A stretch of 64,000 nucleotides of DNA, from assembly GCA_002791275.1 (NCBI GenBank), contig PFWT01000009.1:72797-136796 (forward strand), written 5' to 3'. The notes beneath the pieces were generated by a model. That model searched no databases. It saw only the letters and a list, made by a program, of their open reading frames with translations, and was not told where the DNA came from. The translations under genes were made by a program, and so were the position numbers. Below, piece by piece: positions 32,606 to 41,415 of the stretch. Position 1 is the stretch's first letter. Each line of letters starts with the position of its first letter. This DNA is from Candidatus Uhrbacteria bacterium CG_4_9_14_3_um_filter_41_35 (GTDB taxonomy: Bacteria > Patescibacteriota > Patescibacteriia > UBA9934).

Positions 32606-33421
32606 TTATTTACCTCTAAGCTGATTATAAATCTCTGGAAATACATTTCTTACAGCTCGTAAAAGTCGTCCTTGCCTGACCGTATCATAGAGCACATAGG
32701 CTGGGAAAATTACACTAGCGCGCCAGATTCGGTTAAACCGTTTTGGTTCCAAGTAGACCCGCCAAGCCCACTCAAGCCCGGATTGACGCATCCAATCCGG
32801 AGCTCTTTTTAAACTGCCAGAAATCATTTCAAACGCCCCACCTACGCCAATTGCCACGCGAACACTCGGTAAGCTATACAGCTGGCCTACAATAAACTTT
32901 TCCTGTTTATGCATCCCAAGCGCCACCGCAAGAACAGCGGGTTTTTCAGTATTAATTTTTAAAATTAGATCAGGGTCGATAACAAGCTGGCCTTTTTCAT
33001 CCTTTTCTATAAAACCAGGGTCAACCCCTACTACATCAAGTTGCGAAAATTGCTGTCGAAGATTCGATGCCGCTGTTCTGGCGCTTTCAGAATCGCCACC
33101 AAGCAACATTAATTTTTTGCCCAAATCCTCACAAATACCAGCCAAATTAACCAGTGTATCTGTGCCCGTGTGCCGAAAGCTGAGTCGATCGTCGGTCAGG
33201 GCTGCCACCGCAAAACGCAAACCAGTGCCGTCTGGAATTGAGAGATGGCTCTCATTGATAAGCGCCTGAAAATTAGCATCTTTCCGAGCCCGCAACATAA
33301 ATTCTGGGTTTGGCGTAACCACCATTTTTTGATGATGACCAACTACCCAACCTCGAAGTAACGCATCAAGTTGTGATGCGCTCAGGTGGTCGATTGTTGT
33401 GTCGAAGATTTGAAAAGTAAT
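32606..33421 (-). CDS. WecB/TagA/CpsF glycosyltransferase (start uncertain, likely upstream of 33325)
   Basis: VVTPNPE, IPDGTG, ALGMHKQE, GVGGAF, RAPDWM..GLEW; family-like N-terminus continues in frame upstream of the ATG at 33325. Confidence 0.88.
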   Translation of the reverse strand: MTFQIFDTTIDHLSASQLDALLRGWVVGHHQKMVVTPNPEFMLRARKDANFQALINESHLSIPDGTGLRFAVAALTDDRLSFRHTGTDTLVNLAGICEDLGKKLMLLGGDSESARTAASNLRQQFSQLDVVGVDPGFIEKDEKGQLVIDPDLILKINTEKPAVLAVALGMHKQEKFIVGQLYSLPSVRVAIGVGGAFEMISGSLKRAPDWMRQSGLEWAWRVYLEPKRFNRIWRASVIFPAYVLYDTVRQGRLLRAVRNVFPEIYNQLRGK

Positions 33422-33448
33422 ATGCTTGTTTAAAATTTGAATACAGGG

Positions 33449-33874
33449 TTAGCGTTTGCGGTGAAAAACTATTACCGAACCGAGTGCTCCAAGTAATCCG
33501 TTTAACATATCGAACATCGTGTCTGCCAAGCTAGTTTGCGTAAAATTCCGGTAAATAATCTGCTCAGCAGTAGCAAACCAGTTATCGAGGATAAATTCGT
33601 GCACCTCCCAAAGAATTGCAATAATTGCCACAAAGCCAGTTACAAAGAGTGGTACAAACCAAAAGGCTAAATGCTTCTCAAATCGGCCTTTGAACTCAAT
33701 GTCCTTTATTCCCTGATTATAGATGGCGAGCGCTAGCATACCCATCGCAAATCCACCCATTATGTGTACCGGGATATCGAACCAGTTGAATCTACTGTAG
33801 AAACCAAATATTACTCCCAGCCAATTAATCGCGTAAACCCCAATTGTGGTAAATATAGCTTTTGTAAACGTCAT
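33449..33874 (-). CDS. Membrane protein (VanZ/DUF2238-like)
   Basis: FDIPVHIMGG, WEVHEF, DTMFDMLNGLLG pattern in TM helices. Confidence 0.65.
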   Translation of the reverse strand: MTFTKAIFTTIGVYAINWLGVIFGFYSRFNWFDIPVHIMGGFAMGMLALAIYNQGIKDIEFKGRFEKHLAFWFVPLFVTGFVAIIAILWEVHEFILDNWFATAEQIIYRNFTQTSLADTMFDMLNGLLGALGSVIVFHRKR

Positions 33875-33918
33875 ATTTTAGTCTATTCTAGCAGAAATAC
33901 GGATATCCTTCAAATAGC

Positions 33919-33948
33919 TTGACAGCAGATAAATTAGCAGTCTATAAT
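33919..33948 (+). promoter_or_regulatory. Sigma70 promoter of clpB
   Basis: TTGACA-18 nt-TATAAT. Confidence 0.75.
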
Positions 33949-33960
33949 GCAGAGTGCTAG
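33934..33960. promoter_or_regulatory. CIRCE operator (HrcA binding site)
   Basis: TTAGCAGTC-N9-GAGTGCTAG vs consensus TTAGCACTC-N9-GAGTGCTAA; overlaps the clpB -10. Confidence 0.88.
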
Positions 33961-33968
33961 ATATACAT

Positions 33969-36614
33969 ATGATGCCAAACAATTTTACAACAAAATCACA
34001 AGAAGCTATTCAGTTAGCCCAAATAATCGCTAACGATCACGGTCAGCAAGGAATTGACCCAATTCACCTACTTCGGGCTATTTTAGAGCAAAATGACAGT
34101 ATCGTGATTACAATTCTACAAAAACTAGATGTTAACCTACTGCAACTAAAGTCAGAAGTTGGCACCATTTTGGAAACACTGCCAAAAACTTTTCAACAGG
34201 ACCAAGGAAACTTTGGTCAGGTTTTACTGTCTCAAACCCTAGGCAAAGTTTTGGCTTCTGCCTCTGATGCCTCTAAAAAATTTGGCGATGAGTACATTTC
34301 AACCGAACACCTTCTTTTAGGTTTACTTACCGATGGACCGATTAGTAAACTTGTAGCCAAACACGATATTGATGTTGGCTCTGTAATGGATGTTTTAGAT
34401 GAAGTTCGTGGCGACGAACGAGTAGATACCCAAAATCCGGAGGCAAAAATGCAGGCTCTTGAAAAATATAGTGTTAATTTAACCGAGCGAGCGCGCAACG
34501 GTAAGCTTGATCCAATCATTGGTCGGGATCAAGAAATTCGCAGGGTTATGCAGGTCTTGGTTCGAAGAACAAAAAATAATCCAGTTCTTGTTGGTGAAGC
34601 CGGTGTAGGAAAAACAGCTATTGCCGAAGGTTTGGCTTTGCGGATTGCAACTGGCGACGTGCCGGAAATTCTTAAAAATCGTGAAATTGCTACGCTTGAT
34701 TTAGGAGCCCTGATTGCCGGAACTAAATTTCGAGGTGAGTTTGAAGAGAGGCTAAAAGCGGTGATTAAAGAAGTTGAAAAATCTGATGGTCGAATAATTT
34801 TGTTCATTGACGAACTCCACACCCTAGTTGGAGCTGGAAAAAGTGACGACTCACCAATGGATGCGTCAAACCTTCTAAAGCCTGCTCTTGCTCGAGGTGA
34901 ACTTCGCGTTATTGGTGCAACCACTTTGCGAGAGTACCAAAAACACATTGAAAAGGATGCAGCTTTTGAAAGACGTTTTCAGCCAGTTACAGTTGAGGAA
35001 CCCTCAGTTGTAGATACCGTGGCAATTTTGCGTGGGATTAAAGAAAAATATGAAATCCACCACGGCGTTCGAATTTCAGACCCGGCCATTGTAGCCGCAA
35101 CTCAGCTTTCACATCGTTATATTACTGATCGATCACTGCCCGACAAAGCAATTGATTTAATGGACGAAGCAGCGGCAGCTCTTCGAATGCAGATTGATTC
35201 AATGCCTGAGGAACTAGACCAATTAAAGCGTGAGGAAATGCGTCTAGAAATTGAAAAGCGTTCACTTCTTAAAGAAGAAAGTAAAGATTCTAAATCAAGA
35301 CTTCGGGAAATTAAAAAACAAATCGCCGACTCAAAAGAAAAATCCGATGAAATAGAAATGCGCTGGAAGAATGAAAAAGAACTTATTGCAAAATGCACAA
35401 CGCTTCGCGACAGTATCGATAAACTAACAAATGAATCTGATATTGAAGAACGTAAGGGTGACCTTCAAAAAGTTGCCGAACTTAGGTACGACGCAATACC
35501 TAAAAAACGCACTGAACTTAAAACCGCTGAAGAACAGCTAAAGAAATGGCAGGCTAAGCGCGGTTTATTAAACGAAGTCATCACTGAAGAAGAAATCGCC
35601 ACGGTTGTTTCAAGATGGACTCATATTCCTGTATCAAAAATGCTCGAAAGTGAGATGAAGAAATTGGCGCATATGGATAGCAAGTTGAAGGCTCGAGTTG
35701 TTGGCCAGGAGGAAGCAATTACGGCCATTAGCAACGCTTTACGGCGCTCTCGAGCTGGAATTAGCGAAGAAAAGAAGCCGATTGGATCCTTTATCTTCCT
35801 TGGTCCGACAGGAGTTGGTAAAACAGAACTTGCTAAAGCCTTGGCTGAGTTTATGTTCAACGACGAAGAGGCTTTAGTTCGTGTTGATATGTCGGAGTAT
35901 ATGGAGAAACACTCAATCTCGAAAATGATTGGTTCACCACCGGGCTATGTTGGTCATGACGAAGCCGGCCAACTGACCGAAACAATAAGGCGTCGCCCCT
36001 ACTCTGTTGTGCTCTTTGATGAGATTGAAAAAGCCCACCCGGACGTGTTCAACATCCTTTTGCAGATTTTGGACGACGGTCATATTACCGACTCAAAAGG
36101 TCGGAAGATCAACTTCAAAAATACAGTCATTATTATGACCTCAAACCTTGGTTCGGACATTATTTTAAATTCAAGCACCATTGGTGATATTGGATTTGCC
36201 GGTGAAGAAAAACAAAATGTAGATGGTACAAAAAATAAGGTACTCGAGCTTCTCAAAAACCGCTTCCGACCTGAGTTCCTAAACCGCATCGATGAAGCAA
36301 TCTTCTTCCACGCCCTAACAAGGGAAAATATTGCAGACATTGTTGGTTTGCAAATTAATCTCGTAGCTAAGCGTTTACAGACTCAGAAACGGATTGATCT
36401 TAAGGTGTCAGAGCGTGCCCGCAAGTTACTCGCTGACAAAGGCTTTGATCCAAAATATGGCGCACGGCCACTCAAACGGTTGATTCAAAATCTAATTCTA
36501 AACCCACTAGCTATGCAAATAGTTTCTGGTGAAATTGGCGAGGAATCAAAAGTCACCATCGACGCTATTCAAGATGAAATTCAAATAAAAACCCGCGGAA
36601 CTGTAACTGCATAA
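33969..36614 (+). CDS. clpB: ATP-dependent chaperone ClpB
   Basis: Two AAA+ domains ([16 protein letters not shown]) with a long coiled-coil middle domain. Confidence 0.95.
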   Translation: MMPNNFTTKSQEAIQLAQIIANDHGQQGIDPIHLLRAILEQNDSIVITILQKLDVNLLQLKSEVGTILETLPKTFQQDQGNFGQVLLSQTLGKVLASASDASKKFGDEYISTEHLLLGLLTDGPISKLVAKHDIDVGSVMDVLDEVRGDERVDTQNPEAKMQALEKYSVNLTERARNGKLDPIIGRDQEIRRVMQVLVRRTKNNPVLVGEAGVGKTAIAEGLALRIATGDVPEILKNREIATLDLGALIAGTKFRGEFEERLKAVIKEVEKSDGRIILFIDELHTLVGAGKSDDSPMDASNLLKPALARGELRVIGATTLREYQKHIEKDAAFERRFQPVTVEEPSVVDTVAILRGIKEKYEIHHGVRISDPAIVAATQLSHRYITDRSLPDKAIDLMDEAAAALRMQIDSMPEELDQLKREEMRLEIEKRSLLKEESKDSKSRLREIKKQIADSKEKSDEIEMRWKNEKELIAKCTTLRDSIDKLTNESDIEERKGDLQKVAELRYDAIPKKRTELKTAEEQLKKWQAKRGLLNEVITEEEIATVVSRWTHIPVSKMLESEMKKLAHMDSKLKARVVGQEEAITAISNALRRSRAGISEEKKPIGSFIFLGPTGVGKTELAKALAEFMFNDEEALVRVDMSEYMEKHSISKMIGSPPGYVGHDEAGQLTETIRRRPYSVVLFDEIEKAHPDVFNILLQILDDGHITDSKGRKINFKNTVIIMTSNLGSDIILNSSTIGDIGFAGEEKQNVDGTKNKVLELLKNRFRPEFLNRIDEAIFFHALTRENIADIVGLQINLVAKRLQTQKRIDLKVSERARKLLADKGFDPKYGARPLKRLIQNLILNPLAMQIVSGEIGEESKVTIDAIQDEIQIKTRGTVTA

Positions 36615-36616
36615 AC

Positions 36617-36644
36617 AAAGACCTGGCATTTTGCCAGGTCTTTT
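36617..36644. terminator. Bidirectional terminator
   Basis: AAAGACCTGGCA-ttt-TGCCAGGTCTTT. Confidence 0.75.
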
Positions 36645-36673
36645 AGTTACAAAAAATACTTTAGAACTAACCG

Positions 36674-37378
36674 CTACGGAATTATAATGGCATTTTCTAT
36701 ATCTGATGCAGATGGCTTAAAGTTTATAGTTTTAATAACACTCCAAAGCTCTCCGGAACCCTGCTCAGCAACGGGCTTATAAATTCCGGTGTAATAGTCG
36801 TCATTAATCTGCCCAAAATACATCTGCCAGTGCGCAGAGCCAATAAAACCAGTTCTGCAGGTCGTTACAATTCCACCCAAACTTTCACCCTCGCATTCTT
36901 TCACCTCCGTCATATTTTCAGTTGATCCCAGTATCCAGTCGTCAAAACTAAGGGTGATATCTTCAAAATCCATTTTTACCGCCTGAACCCAAAGTGTAAT
37001 TGAGTCGCCTGGATTATTTGGTTCGTAAATTTCAACAATACTCACCGGCCCCGCGTCAATCTGATGCACTTCCCAGGCTACCGGTGCCTGAACCGTGAAT
37101 AGATCCTGAGAATTCTTCCACAAATTTTGACCCCCAGCTGTTCCATAACGACCAGCTGTAACTAGACCAGACCCGCCTTTTCCGTCCGGTACCTTATTTT
37201 CGTTATTCGTTAGTTGATTACTCTCATCATTTGCCACTTCCTCGCCTATATTGTGAGCTGTTAAAAAGTAATAACTAGCGAAGAAAACAACAACTATCGC
37301 TACTAAATAATATAACTTATTTGACTTCTTTTCTGTCTTTATCGGTTCTTCCACCTTAGTAAATTCGTGCATTTCCAT
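36674..37378 (-). CDS. Membrane-anchored hypothetical protein (PsbP-like pattern)
   Basis: Single TM then FTVQAPVAWEV segment; start uncertain. Confidence 0.6.
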   Translation of the reverse strand: MEMHEFTKVEEPIKTEKKSNKLYYLVAIVVVFFASYYFLTAHNIGEEVANDESNQLTNNENKVPDGKGGSGLVTAGRYGTAGGQNLWKNSQDLFTVQAPVAWEVHQIDAGPVSIVEIYEPNNPGDSITLWVQAVKMDFEDITLSFDDWILGSTENMTEVKECEGESLGGIVTTCRTGFIGSAHWQMYFGQINDDYYTGIYKPVAEQGSGELWSVIKTINFKPSASDIENAIIIP

Positions 37379-37469
37379 ATATAACCCGCTAATAATAATT
37401 TTTGTCAAAAAGTAATTGAACCTTTAAAACTACTCAAAGATTAACCGATTACGCTAGTCTTGACAACAA

Positions 37470-37757
37470 CTACTCGTTAGCTGCGTCCTTCTCGTTCTTT
37501 TTTGATAATTTTACAAACAGTGACGCCACTAAAACAACAAGAAAAGTCATCGAAACCGCATAAACTAACTGTGCTTTAATTCCATCGGTCTCAAGTGGCC
37601 AGATACTTTGAATGATTGCCTTAATTGCGTCGTTCCAAGCTAGACCAGCTACCAGTCCAAAGGCAGTCAGTAAATAACCCGTTACCTTTTCCCAAACTTT
37701 GCCCGCAAACTGCTCCGCCTCCACCTTGGCTTCGTTAATATGTTTTGAAATTACCAT
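37470..37757 (-). CDS. DUF5654 family small membrane protein
   Basis: TAFGLVAGLAWNDAIK motif. Confidence 0.8.
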   Translation of the reverse strand: MVISKHINEAKVEAEQFAGKVWEKVTGYLLTAFGLVAGLAWNDAIKAIIQSIWPLETDGIKAQLVYAVSMTFLVVLVASLFVKLSKKNEKDAANE

Positions 37758-37865
37758 AGTTTTACATACCCCTTTTCGGGCGAATAAGAATATTCAATTA
37801 GTAAAATCATCTTACGACATTTTACAGAATTTGTAACGCTTTAATTTACAGGATAAAATTGATAA

Positions 37866-38126
37866 ATGAAACACTTCGTTTATCTTGCCCGATGCAAAGA
37901 CAATTCCCTTTACACTGGGACCTGTGTTGATATTCAGGCCCGTGAGGATAAACACAACGCCGGAACAGGGGCAAAGTATACTCGAGCAAAGCGACCGGTG
38001 AAGATTATTTATTTTGAAGAGTTTAAAACACTGTCTGACGCACGAAAACGAGAGGCGGAGATAAAGAAATGGTCAAAGAGTAAGAAAGAGGAACTGATTT
38101 TAAAAATAAAAAAGCCCCGATCCTAA
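37866..38126 (+). CDS. GIY-YIG nuclease family protein (UPF0213-like)
   Basis: FVYLARCKDNSLYTG, HNAGTGAKYTR, AxKRE..IK. Confidence 0.92.
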   Translation: MKHFVYLARCKDNSLYTGTCVDIQAREDKHNAGTGAKYTRAKRPVKIIYFEEFKTLSDARKREAEIKKWSKSKKEELILKIKKPRS

Positions 38127-38158
38127 GATGCGGGGCTTTGCTCACTCGACAGAGTGAG

Positions 38159-38686
38159 CTAGTTGAGCCGGTCGTTCGACCAGCTAAGGACACATGATGA
38201 GGTGTCCGTTCTTGTGGTGACTTCGTAGTCTCCAAAACGTACTCCGGCCTCCCCCCATTCGGTGTTACCGCAGAACACCTCCTTTGAGGTGATGCCCTCG
38301 AAGATGAGCTGACCGCTCACCTCCACGTCCCCGTCGGGGGGGGCGTTCGGCATGGTGACGGCGTAAGTGCCGTCCCAGCCTGGGTAGACCACGACCGTCT
38401 GGCCGTGGTCTACCCATGATCCGTCCGTGTTTTGTCGCCCCCGGTAGCTGAAGCCGAGCTCCAACCACGTGGAGGTTGTGTCAGATGGCACAACCTCAAG
38501 GTGGTTACTGCCAGGGAGATCGAAATCTCCCTGGCAGTACTCCGTGCCCCAGGGGGCGGAGGTGTTGCAACCTCCGAACCCGCCGGTGGGGGACGTTCCC
38601 GGGCCGCCGTAGCCCGGGTTGTAGCCAACGTCGCAACCCGTGAGGGCTGCGACGAAAAACACGACAGAAAACAGAAACCTGGTCAT
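38159..38686 (-). CDS. High-GC putative lipoprotein
   Basis: Signal peptide ending in LTGC lipobox; GGAGGT SD; sampled lines 65-75% GC vs about 40% in the neighbouring gene. Confidence 0.7.
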   Translation of the reverse strand: MTRFLFSVVFFVAALTGCDVGYNPGYGGPGTSPTGGFGGCNTSAPWGTEYCQGDFDLPGSNHLEVVPSDTTSTWLELGFSYRGRQNTDGSWVDHGQTVVVYPGWDGTYAVTMPNAPPDGDVEVSGQLIFEGITSKEVFCGNTEWGEAGVRFGDYEVTTRTDTSSCVLSWSNDRLN

Positions 38687-38755
38687 GATGACCTCCGGTC
38701 ATTTATTTAAAGTCCCAGACAGGGGACTATAGTTTCCATAGTCAATTTCAGAATG

Positions 38756-38806
38756 AAAAAGACTGGATTATATATGTCGGTGAGAAATACACAATCCAGT
38801 CTTTTT
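38756..38806 (-). terminator. 14-bp hairpin with U tract in the leader of the high-GC gene
   Basis: AAAAAGACTGGATT...AATCCAGTCTTTTT. Confidence 0.6.
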
Positions 38807-38967
38807 AAGCATAATGATGCTTAATGCCTAATTACCCCAGGCTAGGGTCTCTCCTTGTGAAAACTACTGTTACAAGCACTGGTAGCTGTTTAAGTAGGTT
38901 TCTATAAATTGTGAATGGATGATCAAGGGCTCGTACCTCCTTTTCTCATCTTTACTATGATGATACA

Positions 38968-38996
38968 AATATACCATAAAATGAAGGTTTTGTCAA
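38968..38996 (-). promoter_or_regulatory. Sigma70 promoter for the leader / high-GC gene
   Basis: Minus strand TTGACA-17 nt-TATATT with TG extension. Confidence 0.6.
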
Positions 38997-39167
38997 TAGT
39001 AAATCTATATAATCCCCATAACATTAGCCAAATTATACACTTTTGACCGCCGGAACTTAACAAAAGTAATTCTAGATAGAATAGCCAAAATAGGTTAAAA
39101 ACCTGTCGTTTCAAATTTCCATCAAAGTTAAATACTTAACACCTATCTTTTATAATATGGTATTATT

Positions 39168-40583
39168 ATGGTGAAAAAAGATGTAATACTTTATATGAAA
39201 AATTCCCATTTATATACTCTTCTCACCGGAGCGCTTCTGGTTGGGGCGCCAATCAATGCTTTGGCTTTTGATTTCAATCCAAACTATATTTTATCCGACA
39301 GCGAGCTGCATGACTCATTTTCCATGGATCTAAACCAAATCCAGCACTTTCTTAGCCGTGGTTATCTTGAAAACTATGTTACCGAAGACTGGCAAGGTAA
39401 TCTAAAATACGCTTCAGACATTATCTGGCGAGCTGCGCAAAATAATCGAATCAATCCCAAATTCCTGCTGGTACTCCTTCAAAAAGAGCAGAGCCTGGTT
39501 GAAGACAACACCCCAACCGATCGTCAGCTCGACTGGGCAACCGGCTACGCTGTTTGCGATAATTGCAGTAAATCAGACCCAGCCATTCAAAGATGGAAAG
39601 GTTTTGGTAAACAGGTTAACTCCGCCGCAATGCAGTTTTCAGATGGTTATATGGCCGATATTGAAGCCGTTGGCTCAACCCAGGGGATTTACGGGCCAGA
39701 TATTCCTGTTATAATCGACAACCAAGTCTTGGTTCCAGAAAATGCCGCCACTGCCTCAATGTACGCCTACACGCCTCACATTCAGGGAAATCAAAACTTT
39801 GCTTTAATTTGGAACCGCTGGTTCAGTGTTCAGCACCCTACCGGAACTCTTGTTCAAGCAGAAGGCGAACCTGGTATTTATCTTATTGAGTTTGGTTACA
39901 AAAGACCAATTCATAGCTGGAGCGCCTTTATTTCAAGGTTCAACAAAGATTTAGTTATCACGGTTTCAAAATCTGCACTCGATAATTACCCTGACGGTCG
40001 AGCTATCGATTTCCCTAACTACTCACTGTTACAAGATGAAAATGGTGAGATCTATTTGCTAGTTAACGACTCACTCAGACACTTTGATTCACTCGAAACC
40101 TTTAAAAAAATTGGTTTCTCTGAAGACGAAATTGTTGAAATAAAAAACTCCGATGTTGCCGGTTTCGATCTTGGTGAAGAACTCACTTACAAATCCTCAA
40201 ATCCTCGCGGAGACCTACTGCAGTTAAACACAAACGGTGCGGTTTTCCACATTAAAGACGGTGTGAGGCACGCTATTAACGATCCTTCAATTTTAAAGGC
40301 TCGTTTTCCAAATGAAGCTGTAACTCAAGTTAGCCCTACCGTAGTTGAGCAGTACAAAGAGGGTCAGGCCCTAAATTTCCCTGATGGCTATTTAGTAAAG
40401 TCAGACGACGATCCAACTGTGTATGTAATCTCAGAGGGTAAGAAAAAACCAATTGTGAGTGGTGCTGTTTTCACCTCGTATGGTTGGGATTGGGCAGATA
40501 TTGTTACGGTTGATAAATACACATTAATGCTTCACGAAACAGGTTTATCAATCACAGACGCAGCTGACGGTTCAACCAATTAA
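39168..40583 (+). CDS. Secreted protein: INPKxLLVLLQKEQ domain plus four C-terminal ~60-aa repeats
   Basis: Signal peptide; repeats of the type GxLvk..dptVYlI..GxKrpI. Confidence 0.75.
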   Translation: MVKKDVILYMKNSHLYTLLTGALLVGAPINALAFDFNPNYILSDSELHDSFSMDLNQIQHFLSRGYLENYVTEDWQGNLKYASDIIWRAAQNNRINPKFLLVLLQKEQSLVEDNTPTDRQLDWATGYAVCDNCSKSDPAIQRWKGFGKQVNSAAMQFSDGYMADIEAVGSTQGIYGPDIPVIIDNQVLVPENAATASMYAYTPHIQGNQNFALIWNRWFSVQHPTGTLVQAEGEPGIYLIEFGYKRPIHSWSAFISRFNKDLVITVSKSALDNYPDGRAIDFPNYSLLQDENGEIYLLVNDSLRHFDSLETFKKIGFSEDEIVEIKNSDVAGFDLGEELTYKSSNPRGDLLQLNTNGAVFHIKDGVRHAINDPSILKARFPNEAVTQVSPTVVEQYKEGQALNFPDGYLVKSDDDPTVYVISEGKKKPIVSGAVFTSYGWDWADIVTVDKYTLMLHETGLSITDAADGSTN

Positions 40584-40622
40584 TGAAGCCCGGGTTTATA
40601 ATAAACTGCGAATCAATATCAC

Positions 40623-41414
40623 ATGTTAGTTTTCTCCGCATTTACACCTAATTCTCCCCTGCTACTGCCGGAGATCAACAAAGACAAAGCTCATCGACTC
40701 GAAAAAACGACCGAAGCTATGGCCGAGCTCGCTGATGAACTTTATGCCACGCATCCTGAAACTATAATTTTAATTTCAATGCACCCTACCATTTTTAATG
40801 GTAGCTTTTCTATTGCGCTTAAAGATCCATTCACTTTCGATCTTAGTGAGTTTGGAGAGCTAAGTTTTGATAAAAAAATCAAACCAGATATTGAACTCAT
40901 TAACGAACTCCAAGATTCACTCAGATCTCAAGGTCAACCGGTCACGCTTACTTCAGACGAAACTCTTAACTACGCCTCAGCTGTACCTTTGCAAATCCTG
41001 ACCGAAGATTTGAAAAATGTAAAACTTGTAGCAATTACCTATTCAGAACTCGACACAAAATCACATTTTCAGTTTGGTAATGCGTTAAAAGAAACTATTA
41101 TGAGTAGCGATAAACGCATTGCCGTTATTGCTGTGGGTGATATGTCGCACGCTCTTACAAACAATTCACCAGCCGATTTTCATCCAGACGGAGAAAAGTA
41201 CGACAAAAAAATTCAGGAGCTAATTGCCCAAAAAAATACCGTTGGTCTTATCAGTTTAGATGAGAAGCTAATTGAAAATGCCGTAGAAAATTCCTACAGA
41301 TCCCTTACAATTCTATTTGGATTACTCGACCGGATTTCAGTAAAGCCAGAAATTTTAAACTACGAAGCACCTTTTGGCGTTGGTTATTTAGTTGCTAACT
41401 TCGCAATCAAATAA
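40623..41414 (+). CDS. LigB/MEMO-fold protein (AmmeMemoRadiSam protein B-like)
   Basis: PETIILISMH, AVGDMSH, LNYEAPFGVGYLVA. Confidence 0.8.
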   Translation: MLVFSAFTPNSPLLLPEINKDKAHRLEKTTEAMAELADELYATHPETIILISMHPTIFNGSFSIALKDPFTFDLSEFGELSFDKKIKPDIELINELQDSLRSQGQPVTLTSDETLNYASAVPLQILTEDLKNVKLVAITYSELDTKSHFQFGNALKETIMSSDKRIAVIAVGDMSHALTNNSPADFHPDGEKYDKKIQELIAQKNTVGLISLDEKLIENAVENSYRSLTILFGLLDRISVKPEILNYEAPFGVGYLVANFAIK

Positions 41415-41415
41415 T

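Noticed and set aside
34232-36340. Antisense ORFs within clpB (similar ones in mreB, pepA, atpG, alaS)
   Set aside because: Typical antisense shadows of conserved genes, with no independent expression signals
37866-38126. GIY-YIG gene as a homing endonuclease mobilising the high-GC gene
   Set aside because: Stand-alone 86-aa UPF0213-type protein without a DNA-binding extension, with host-like GC; common housekeeping family
38265-38710. Several overlapping ORFs in other frames of the high-GC segment
   Set aside because: Expected from stop-codon scarcity at high GC; only 38159..38686 has an SD and a signal peptide
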